Shown here: positions 18,363 through 26,097 of the stretch, in pieces
Position numbering within the stretch: position 1 is the first letter of the stretch
Layout: every line of letters starts with the position of its first letter
Origin: Halostella pelagica
GTDB lineage: Archaea > Halobacteriota > Halobacteria > Halobacteriales > Natronoarchaeaceae
Direction of reading: 5' to 3'
NCBI GenBank assembly: GCA_005954745.1
Contig: CP040681.1
Location: forward strand, 1 to 32,000
Length of the DNA: 32,000 nt
Made by a program: the position numbers and the translations under genes
Notes under the pieces: generated by a model
Database searches by the model: none
What the model saw: only the letters and a program-made list of their open reading frames with translations
What the model was told of the DNA's origin: nothing

Positions 18363-18518
18363 GGTGGGGCTTGTTCTACCGCCCGGGTGGAGTTTGTGTC
18401 GTGTAACCCCGTTCGGCGCGATCCAAGCGACCCCGCCGTCTACGATTTCTCGGATAGTCGCGCTCTCGCGTTCGACTCTTGCTCAGCTTTTCGTTCGTGA
18501 AACGGTCCCTGATATCCC

Positions 18519-18538
18519 ATAGGCGGGCTATTACAATG
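18519..18538 (+). promoter_or_regulatory. shared upstream element ATAGGCGGGCTATTACAATG
   Basis: matches 22078-22097 (ATAGGAGGTCTATTACAATG) at 18 of 20 positions; both precede plus-strand genes of the locus. Confidence 0.45.
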
Positions 18539-18682
18539 TTGTCTGCACCGGTAGCAGGCTTCACGACTCATGTTTGCCGGATCTCGAATGAACAGACACC
18601 ACGGGAGACGCTCAGCGAACCTCGTATGACGTTGAATTCACCTGGCAGCACACAGAAGCACCGATCCCCGGGGCCACCATCC

Positions 18683-19909
18683 ATGGAAGGGAACCAGCCG
18701 ACCATCATGCGCATCCTACGAGAGACGGTCGCGTACGCGCGACACCGGGACTACACCGGCTGGGACTACGGCGACGGGATGTCGAGTAAAATTCGGCAGG
18801 CGCTCCCGATCGACAACAAGTGGGTCAACATCGCCTTTCAGGAGACGATAAAGCGGTCCCCGGTCAACGTCAGGCCGCTGTTTCTCGTCGAGCAGCGCCG
18901 TAACTACAAGGGGACGGCGCTGTTTGCGATGACGAACCTGAACTTCCACCGGTTGAAAACGGACATCGATTACGGGACCGACATCGTCGGCGGGACGGAC
19001 TATCTCGACGAGGCACACCAACTGCTCCAGTGGCTGATCGATAACCAGTCGACGGGGTACAGCGGTTTCTGCGGCGGGCACAAACACCAGATCCAGCATC
19101 TCGACGGACGGGGCGTTCCCAACGATCCGGACGTCGTCTCGACGTCGTACGCGGTCAAAGCCCTGCTCTCCGGCACCGATCTGGACTCCCGATACCCCGA
19201 AATAGCCCGCACTGCGGCCGACTTCGTCGTCGAAGACCTCAACTATCGCGAGGTGGACAACGGCGACGGCGCTATCATCAACTATCACAAGAACCACTCC
19301 GAGGAGTACTACACGATAAACGCCGGTGCGCTGGGCGCGCGTCTGCTCATCGAACTGTACGATTACTTCGGCGACGAGAAACTCCGCGAACGCTCGACGA
19401 AGATCCTAGACCATATCGCGAGAAAGCAGACCGACGTCGGCGGCTGGACGTACCGTGATCCCCCGTCCGCGTCACATCTATCGATGGACAGCCACCACAA
19501 CGGGTTCATCATCGAAGCGCTCCAGCAGTACCGGTCGCTCACCGGATCGTCGCGGTACGACGACACTATCGACCGGGCGCTGACGTTCTACCGGGGCCTG
19601 TTCGACCCCGACGGAGCGCCCCACTTCGACGAGTCGAACGCCTACCCGCGGGACATCCACGCGGTGGCGCAGGGGATCCTCGTGTTCACCTACGCCGGCG
19701 ACCTCGAGTTCGCGGAGCGGATCCTCCAATGGACGCTCGACAACCTCTACGCGGGTGACGGACAGTTCTACTACCGGAAACAGCGGTTCTACACCAAGCG
19801 TATCACGCTCATGCGCTGGTGTCAGGCCTGGATGGCCTACGCGATGTCGGAGTATCTGACCGCTCAGCGACTTTCGGGGTCTCCTGACCAGACCGTCGAG
19901 ATCGGATAA
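18683..19909 (+). CDS. uncharacterised haloarchaeal glycan-locus protein with alpha/alpha-toroid-like helical repeats
   Basis: tracked ORF 18479..19909; likely starts ATG 18683 or 18707 (MRILRETVAYARHRDYTGWDYGDGMSSKIRQALP); repeated GG-(W/F) helical hairpin-like motifs (YSGFCGGHKHQIQHL, KQTDVGGWTYRDP, HHNGFIIEALQQY, DPDGAPHFDESNAYPRDIHAVAQGILVF). Confidence 0.75.
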   Translation: MEGNQPTIMRILRETVAYARHRDYTGWDYGDGMSSKIRQALPIDNKWVNIAFQETIKRSPVNVRPLFLVEQRRNYKGTALFAMTNLNFHRLKTDIDYGTDIVGGTDYLDEAHQLLQWLIDNQSTGYSGFCGGHKHQIQHLDGRGVPNDPDVVSTSYAVKALLSGTDLDSRYPEIARTAADFVVEDLNYREVDNGDGAIINYHKNHSEEYYTINAGALGARLLIELYDYFGDEKLRERSTKILDHIARKQTDVGGWTYRDPPSASHLSMDSHHNGFIIEALQQYRSLTGSSRYDDTIDRALTFYRGLFDPDGAPHFDESNAYPRDIHAVAQGILVFTYAGDLEFAERILQWTLDNLYAGDGQFYYRKQRFYTKRITLMRWCQAWMAYAMSEYLTAQRLSGSPDQTVEIG

Positions 19910-19926
19910 CGGGCCCGGTTAGGCGG

Positions 19927-19936
19927 TTATTTAATA
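19927..19936 (+). promoter_or_regulatory. AT-rich TATA-box candidate (TTATTTAATA)
   Basis: isolated AT-rich stretch centred ~33 nt upstream of the ATG at 19965, compatible with a leaderless transcript. Confidence 0.45.
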
Positions 19937-19964
19937 AGGAGATCGAGCCCTTTCTTCCGCGTAC

Positions 19965-21026
19965 ATGGACGTACTCATCGTCGGAGTTGCCGGTAAACGG
20001 ACCGGCGGGATCGCACAGTACATCGCCGATCAACGTCGGCACGTAGACGATGCCGACCTCCGAGTGTACGATACGCACACGGCGTCCGACGGGGGAACCC
20101 TCTCGTTTCTTCGAGCGGTTCTCGCGTCGCTCTGGACCTTCCTCGCGTTCCCGTTCCGTCGCCGGCCGGATGTCGTCCACGTACACACCTCACATCAGTT
20201 CTCGTTCTACCGCTCGTCGCTGTACGTCCTCGTCGCTTCGTACCTCTGGCGTCGGCCCGTGGTGTTACACGTGCACGGTTCCTCGTTCGACGAGTTCGCG
20301 CTAACCGATTCGTACGCCGTCGCCGCGCTTCAGCGGATCGTCTTCGACGCCAGCGACCGGATCGTCGTCCTCTCGGAGTACTGGAAGGACGTGCTCTCTC
20401 TCAAAGTCGAGGAAGAGAAACTGTTCGTCCTGCCGAACGCCGTCGACGCGTCGGAGTACTCCCCCTCGTTCGACCACGAGAAACCGCATCTCGTCTTCGT
20501 CTCGAACCACATCGAACGCAAGGGGATCGTCGGGTTCGTCGACGCTATCGACCGCCTCAAGCGAAACGAGACGCCGCCGTTTCGCGTCTCCATCGCGGGC
20601 GACGGTCCGCTCTCGGACCACGCGTCGTCGCTGTGTGAAACCTACGACGACGCCGAGTATCTCGGCTACGTCTCCGAGGAGCGAAAGCAGGCGCTGTTAG
20701 AAGACGCGTCGGTCTACGTTCTGCCGACGTACGCGGAGGGGCTTCCGATCGCCTTGCTCGAAGGAATGGCCGGCGGGAACGCTGTCGTGACGACCGACGT
20801 CGGAAGTATTCCGGAGGTTGTCGGCGACCGAAACGGCCGAATCATCACCCCTGGCGACGTCGACGGACTGAAGCAGGCGCTCAAGGCTATGGTCGAGGAC
20901 CACGAGACTGCGACGGGCATGGGCGAGGCGAACCGGGACCTCGTCGTCGACGAGTACACCTGGTCGACGGCCAGCGACCGGCTTGTCGATCTGTACGCGG
21001 AGATAGGGGAGGAGACGAACGCGTAG
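19965..21026 (+). CDS. glycosyltransferase family 4 protein
   Basis: 353 aa; VAGKRTGGIAQYIADQRRHV, VVHVHTSHQFSFYRSSLYVL, VLPNAVDASEYSP, VFVSNHIERKGI, YVLPTYAEGLPIALLEGMAGGNAVVTTDVGSIPEVV. Confidence 0.92.
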   Translation: MDVLIVGVAGKRTGGIAQYIADQRRHVDDADLRVYDTHTASDGGTLSFLRAVLASLWTFLAFPFRRRPDVVHVHTSHQFSFYRSSLYVLVASYLWRRPVVLHVHGSSFDEFALTDSYAVAALQRIVFDASDRIVVLSEYWKDVLSLKVEEEKLFVLPNAVDASEYSPSFDHEKPHLVFVSNHIERKGIVGFVDAIDRLKRNETPPFRVSIAGDGPLSDHASSLCETYDDAEYLGYVSEERKQALLEDASVYVLPTYAEGLPIALLEGMAGGNAVVTTDVGSIPEVVGDRNGRIITPGDVDGLKQALKAMVEDHETATGMGEANRDLVVDEYTWSTASDRLVDLYAEIGEETNA

Positions 21027-21030
21027 CCGG

Positions 21031-21960
21031 CTACTCCGCGTATCCGAGTTGCTGGAGTCGCTCCGTCACCGTGTCGTCCGTAGCTAACTCCGTTTCAGAC
21101 GGTCGCTCGGTTCTGATAGTCTTTCGTTCTCCAGTTTCGTACTCCAGCCAGGGGACTGTCACGAGCGAGTCCGTGTACACGCCCGGCGGATGACCCCACT
21201 CCTCGATCGGGACTGGCTCCGCCCGCTCGCCGATCATGTTTCCGTGGTCGGCTGTGACGACTGTTTTCCCGACGAGGTCGTCCAGCAGGTCGTGGACGGC
21301 GTCGAGAACGAGGTCGAAGTTGTCCCGGTAGGCGTGCCAGATCGTCTCCTTCGACACGTCTCGTTCCCCCTGCATGAGCTTTCCCCAGATGTCCGTCCCG
21401 TCTCCGTCCTCCAACCGATTGTCGACGGTGAGTTCGGGAGCGTTGATAAACGGGTAATGCGGCTGCATGAAGTGGACGATGAGGCGTTTGTCCGGATACT
21501 CGTCGTTCGCCTCGCGGGCGTACCGCACCATCGTCTCGGGCAGGACCGTGCCGTGTTCGTCGTTCCAGTCGTCCGTGTCCCAGACGTTGACGACGTCGTG
21601 AAACGAGGCGTCGAGGCGGTCCCGCCAGCGGTGCAGTTGCGGACTGGCGGTGACGTACACGGTGTCGTGGAGCGTTCTCCCTTCGAAGTTCGCTTCGAGG
21701 AACTCGACGGTGTGGGAACCGCGGGACTGGCGGGATTCGAGCGTTCCTGGCAGGTCGTGACGAACGTCGAACAGGTCGTACCGGCAGCCGTCTAACACCA
21801 GTAAGTTGTCCCAGTCCTCCATCACCACGTCGACGCCGTCGGTGTTGTACGGCCGGTTGTACAGCCGCTGGTAGTAGAGCCGATTCAGTTCGCGTCCGAA
21901 AAACGACGGGTTCGACGCGACGCGTCGGAGTCCCCGTCGAATCTGTCCGGCGGAGTACAT
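21031..21960 (-). CDS. alkaline phosphatase/sulfatase-fold hydrolase-like protein
   Basis: 309 aa; NLLVLDGCRYDLFDV, IVHFMQPHYPFINAPEL, VVTADHGNMIGERAEPVPIEEWGHPPGVYTDSLVTVPWLEY. Confidence 0.8.
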   Translation of the reverse strand: MYSAGQIRRGLRRVASNPSFFGRELNRLYYQRLYNRPYNTDGVDVVMEDWDNLLVLDGCRYDLFDVRHDLPGTLESRQSRGSHTVEFLEANFEGRTLHDTVYVTASPQLHRWRDRLDASFHDVVNVWDTDDWNDEHGTVLPETMVRYAREANDEYPDKRLIVHFMQPHYPFINAPELTVDNRLEDGDGTDIWGKLMQGERDVSKETIWHAYRDNFDLVLDAVHDLLDDLVGKTVVTADHGNMIGERAEPVPIEEWGHPPGVYTDSLVTVPWLEYETGERKTIRTERPSETELATDDTVTERLQQLGYAE

Positions 21961-22077
21961 CGGTTGATTGTACCTCTGTCATGGTCATAGTAAAGTGGAC
22001 GTTACCGCCTGTGCGGACCACTGAGCAACGCTTCCACCGAAACTCCCCTCTCGTGGTTTCTACCGCCTGTCGCCGGT

Positions 22078-22097
22078 ATAGGAGGTCTATTACAATG
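22078..22097 (+). promoter_or_regulatory. shared upstream element ATAGGAGGTCTATTACAATG
   Basis: 18/20 identity with 18519-18538; AT-rich core ~30 nt upstream of ATG 22123. Confidence 0.5.
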
Positions 22098-22122
22098 CGA
22101 ATGTGAGCGGGATACTGTCGGT

Positions 22123-23979
22123 ATGCCGAACGGCTCTCGGAGTCATCTGTATCGTACTATGGACAGCGGACTGCTCGCTCTCGGGTTCCTCTCTCTCGCA
22201 GCGGGGATCTTCTTCGCGGCGAACGACCCGCCGAACGGCTACGAACTCTCCGTTTACACCGAAACGTCGATCCGCTTCTGGGTCGGCGTCAGCGTCGCTT
22301 TCATGGTCGCGCTCTTCGTCACGTTTACCGCCGGTCAGCTATGGCAGCGGTCGACCGCCCTGTTGCTCGCGGGGGCGTCGACGGTCGCTATCGCCGGCCT
22401 CCCGCTCGTCCGGGGGTACCGTTTCTACGGCTCGAACGACTCGCTGACGCATCTGGGGTGGGCCCGGGACGTTCTCTCCGGAACGACGGAGCCGGAAACG
22501 CTGTTTTATCCGGCGCTTCACCTGCTGACAATCGTCTCCCACCGACTTACCGGGCTCTCCCCGGAGCGGTCGATGATGCTCGCGGTCCTCCTGCTTACCA
22601 CTATCTTTCTCGTCTTCGTCCCGCTATCGGTCCGTGCGCTCACCGACAGTTACGACGCCGTCGCGATCGCAGTCTTTTCTGCCGCGTTCATGTTGCCGAT
22701 CACTAACCTCAGCACCCACATCCACGCGCATTCGTTCACGCAGGCGACGATGTTTACCGGTTTGCTGCTGTTCGTCTTTTTCGTCTACGTGGCTCGTTCG
22801 CCGTCCTCCGCCCTGTCGATCACGCCGATCGACCTCCTGCTGGCGGTGGTCTCGTTCGCCCTCGTCATGTATCACCCGCAGCAAGCCGCGAACGTCCTTT
22901 TGCTGTTTCTCACTGTCTCGGTCGTGCAGTTCGTCGTTTCGCGCACGCCGTTCGGGATCGCTGAACCGATCCGCTCGCAGCGACGGTTCTACGTTCCGAC
23001 GCTCGTGTTCGGGGCCATCTTCTTTCTCTGGACGTCGCGGTACGAACTGTTTTTCAGCGCCACTGAGTACGTCACTACCACCTTTCTCCAGTTCCTGCTG
23101 GGGTCGCCCGGCCCGATCGGCGAGTCCGTCCAATCACAGGGGGCCTCGCTCTCGGCGCTCGGCGCAGGGCTTCACGAGATCGTCTTCAAACTGCTGTTCC
23201 CGAGCCTCGTTCTCTCTCTCATCGCCGCCACCCTGATGCTCGCGGCGCTCACCGGTAGGCTAGACGGGCGACTCGGCAACAGGAACGCGATTGTGTTGTA
23301 CCTCACGCTCGGTTTCGTTCCTATCACCGGCATCTTCGTCGTCTACTTCGTCGGGAGCATCTCCGAGCAGTACTTCCGCCACTGGGGTTTCATGATGTTG
23401 CTCGTATCGGTTCTCGCTCCGATCGCGCTCTATCGCTTGCTCGACGGTCTCTCGGGACGGTTCTCCACGCCGACGCTCCGCGCGGCGACCGTTGGACTCC
23501 TGATCGTGTTACTACCGCTCGCTCTCCTGACGGTGTTTCCGTCCCCGTACGTCTACATGCCCAGTCAGCACGTAACTGACACGCAGATGGAAGGATACGA
23601 CACCGCGTTCACCTATCACAATCAGAGTCTGGACCTCGTCGGGGTTCGGGGGGGACCCTACCGGTACAGCGACGGTATTCAGGGCGTCGCGGCGGCCGAA
23701 GAGGAGTATCTCCGCGGCGTGACGAGCGAGAACATGAGTCGGTTGCCGGAGACGGAGGGAGCGCCCCGCTATCTCGCCTTTTCGCAGTTCGACGTCGAAC
23801 GCGAAGTGGGGGCCTATCAGGGTCTCCGGTACTCGCAGTCCGACTTCAGCGCCGTCCGGTCTCAGCCCGGCGTTCACCGGGTCAGTTCGAACGGGGACGT
23901 GGAACTGTACTACGTCTCTTCTAGCGACGCCGACAGCCAGGAGTCCGCCGACGGGGACGGCTCCGAGTCCGCCGCCTGA
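22123..23979 (+). CDS. polytopic membrane protein, candidate polysaccharide polymerase or GT-C-type glycosyltransferase
   Basis: 618 aa with more than 10 hydrophobic segments; RFYGSNDSLTHLGWARDVLSG after TM region; located between glycosyltransferase and nucleotide-sugar genes. Confidence 0.7.
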   Translation: MPNGSRSHLYRTMDSGLLALGFLSLAAGIFFAANDPPNGYELSVYTETSIRFWVGVSVAFMVALFVTFTAGQLWQRSTALLLAGASTVAIAGLPLVRGYRFYGSNDSLTHLGWARDVLSGTTEPETLFYPALHLLTIVSHRLTGLSPERSMMLAVLLLTTIFLVFVPLSVRALTDSYDAVAIAVFSAAFMLPITNLSTHIHAHSFTQATMFTGLLLFVFFVYVARSPSSALSITPIDLLLAVVSFALVMYHPQQAANVLLLFLTVSVVQFVVSRTPFGIAEPIRSQRRFYVPTLVFGAIFFLWTSRYELFFSATEYVTTTFLQFLLGSPGPIGESVQSQGASLSALGAGLHEIVFKLLFPSLVLSLIAATLMLAALTGRLDGRLGNRNAIVLYLTLGFVPITGIFVVYFVGSISEQYFRHWGFMMLLVSVLAPIALYRLLDGLSGRFSTPTLRAATVGLLIVLLPLALLTVFPSPYVYMPSQHVTDTQMEGYDTAFTYHNQSLDLVGVRGGPYRYSDGIQGVAAAEEEYLRGVTSENMSRLPETEGAPRYLAFSQFDVEREVGAYQGLRYSQSDFSAVRSQPGVHRVSSNGDVELYYVSSSDADSQESADGDGSESAA

Positions 23980-23991
23980 TCGGCGATTCAG

Positions 23992-24005
23992 GCCGTATAT
24001 ACGGC
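23992..24005. promoter_or_regulatory. 14-nt perfect palindrome GCCGTATATACGGC
   Basis: lies 12 nt after stop of 22123-23979 and 70 nt before ATG 24076. Confidence 0.35.
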
Positions 24006-24075
24006 GGCCGGGGGCTCATTCAAACTGTCCATAACAAACACTCCTTGTCTCTTACTATCGCTCAGAAGTCAGATC

Positions 24076-25068
24076 ATGAAAGCTATCGTCCCAACGGCGG
24101 GTCGAGGGACGCGGTTGTTCCCACACACCCACACGAAGCCGAAGTCGATGGTTCGTATCGCCGGGAAACCGATCCTCGGCCACATCCTCTCCGGATTCGA
24201 GTCGACTGCCGTTTCGGAAGTCGTCATCGTCGTCGGCGGACCGATGAGCGACCAGGTCGTGGAGTACGCTCGCGACGCCTACGGCGACGCGTTCGACCTC
24301 ACCTTCGTCGAACAGGCCGACCCGGAAGGGCTCGGACACAGCGTCTACCAGACTCGACCCGTGGTTGCGGACGACCCCGCGATCATCGTCCTCGGAGACA
24401 TGCTGTTCGAGAACGGGTACGACGAGTTTCTGGCCGCTCACGACGGGTCGAGCGCCGGCAGCGTCGGCGTCAAGCCCGTCGACGAACCGGAACATTACGG
24501 CGTCGTCGACACCTACGAGGGAGCCGTCGTCGATCTCATCGAGAAGCCGTCCGAACCGCCGTCGGACCTGGCTATCACCGGTGTGTACGTCATCGAGGAC
24601 ACTGCGACCCTGTTCGACGAACTCGAATACCTGATCGAGAACGACGTCCGCGGCGCGGGCGACGAGTATCAACTCACCGACGCGTTGCAAGGGATGACCG
24701 ACCGCGGTTGCACGCTGACCACGTTCGAGGTCGACGACTGGTACGACTGCGGCCGCCCGGAAACGCTCCTCGAAGCGAACCGCGTCACGCTCGACGAGAC
24801 GGAGACGAACGGCGGCGACCGCCCGACTATCGTCCCGCCGGTCGACTGCGGCGACGACGTCACTGTCGAGGGGAGCGTCGTCGGTCCGCACGTCAGCCTC
24901 GCGGACGGCGTCACCGTCGAAAACAGCGTCGTCCGCGATAGCATCCTCGGGCGCGAGGCGACGCTCACCGACTGTAACGTAGCGCGCAGTATCGTCGGCG
25001 ACAACGCGACTATCGTCGGCGAGTCGAAGGAACTCGACGTCGGCGACAACAGCACGGTCGAACTATGA
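24076..25068 (+). CDS. sugar-1-phosphate nucleotidyltransferase (RmlA/AglF-like)
   Basis: 330 aa; MKAIVPTAGRGTRLFPHTHTKPKSMVRIAGKPILGHIL, IIVLGDMLFE, YGVVDTYEGAVVDLIEKPSEPPSDLAITGVYV, C-terminal hexapeptide-like region. Confidence 0.92.
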   Translation: MKAIVPTAGRGTRLFPHTHTKPKSMVRIAGKPILGHILSGFESTAVSEVVIVVGGPMSDQVVEYARDAYGDAFDLTFVEQADPEGLGHSVYQTRPVVADDPAIIVLGDMLFENGYDEFLAAHDGSSAGSVGVKPVDEPEHYGVVDTYEGAVVDLIEKPSEPPSDLAITGVYVIEDTATLFDELEYLIENDVRGAGDEYQLTDALQGMTDRGCTLTTFEVDDWYDCGRPETLLEANRVTLDETETNGGDRPTIVPPVDCGDDVTVEGSVVGPHVSLADGVTVENSVVRDSILGREATLTDCNVARSIVGDNATIVGESKELDVGDNSTVEL

Positions 25069-26042
25069 GCGGGCGAGATCACGCAGTCGTCACCGGCGGT
25101 GCCGGCTTCGTCGGCAGTCACCTCGTCGACGACCTCGTCGCGGACGACTACCGCGTCACTGCCGTCGATAGCTTCGCCAGCGGCACGCCGGAGAACGTCT
25201 CCCACCACGCGGACGACGACCGCTTCTCTCTCCTCCAGCGGGACGTCCGCGACCCACTGCCCGACTTCGATTCCGTCGATGTCATCTATCATTTCGCGTC
25301 CCGCGCGAGCCCGACTCACTTCGACTCCCACCCCATCGAAATAGCGATGACGAACAGTCTCGGGACGCGACACGTTCTGGAGGCCGCGGTCGAACACGAC
25401 GCCCGCGTCGTCGTCGCCTCGACCAGTGAGGTGTACGGCGACCCCGAAGTCCACCCGCAGCCGGAATCCTACCGCGGCAACGTGAGCCCCCGCGGTCCTC
25501 GCGCCCCCTACGACGAAAGCAAACGGTTCGCAGAGGCTCTCTCGATGGCGTACGTTCGCAAGCACGACGTGGACGCTCGGACCGTTCGCATTTTCAACAC
25601 CTACGGGCCGCGGATGCAACTCGACGACGGTCGAGTGATCCCGAACTTCCTCTCGCAGGCGCTCGCCGGTGACGACCTCACGGTGTACGGCGACGGCGAA
25701 CAGACCCGGAGCTTCTGTTACGTCACCGACCTCGTCGACGGGATCCGCCGTCTCGCTGATCGGCCGGGACTACAGGGTGCAGTGATGAACGTCGGCAACA
25801 CGAACGAGATCACGATACGGGAGCTCGCGACCGTCGTCCGAGACGTGGTCGATACACCGTCCGAAGTGACCTACGAACCGCGACCGACGGACGATCCGGA
25901 TCTCAGGTGCCCCGACGTGTCCACCGCTCGCGAGAGACTCGACTGGGAACCCAAGGTGCCTCTGCGTGCGGGACTCGCCCAGACCGCGGACCACTTCCGC
26001 ACGCGACGACACGAGATAGTCGGGTCCACGCCGGAGGACTGA
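25065..26042 (+). CDS. NAD-dependent epimerase/dehydratase, UDP-glucuronate decarboxylase (UXS)-like
   Basis: 325 aa; VVTGGAGFVGSHLVDDL, YHFASRASPTHFDSHPIEIAMTNSLGTRHVLE, STSEVYGDPEVHPQPESYRGNVSPRGPRAPYDESKRFAE, IFNTYGPRMQLDDGRVIPNF; ATGA overlap with previous gene. Confidence 0.88.
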   Translation: MSGRDHAVVTGGAGFVGSHLVDDLVADDYRVTAVDSFASGTPENVSHHADDDRFSLLQRDVRDPLPDFDSVDVIYHFASRASPTHFDSHPIEIAMTNSLGTRHVLEAAVEHDARVVVASTSEVYGDPEVHPQPESYRGNVSPRGPRAPYDESKRFAEALSMAYVRKHDVDARTVRIFNTYGPRMQLDDGRVIPNFLSQALAGDDLTVYGDGEQTRSFCYVTDLVDGIRRLADRPGLQGAVMNVGNTNEITIRELATVVRDVVDTPSEVTYEPRPTDDPDLRCPDVSTARERLDWEPKVPLRAGLAQTADHFRTRRHEIVGSTPED

Positions 26043-26097
26043 CCGCTTGGCGTGTAGTCGCAGGATAACTAATACCGTCGGACGATCTGATTAAATC

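Noticed and set aside
21095-22021. 308-aa minus-strand ORF
   Set aside because: Out-of-frame shadow of 21031-21960 with Arg/Pro-rich translation and no recognisable motifs.
22624-23236. 169-aa minus and 200-aa plus ORFs within the polytopic membrane gene
   Set aside because: Shadow frames over a hydrophobic coding region; compositions are highly basic or Ser/Arg-rich.
24045-24941. 298-aa plus-strand ORF
   Set aside because: Arg-rich shadow frame of the RmlA-like gene 24076-25068.
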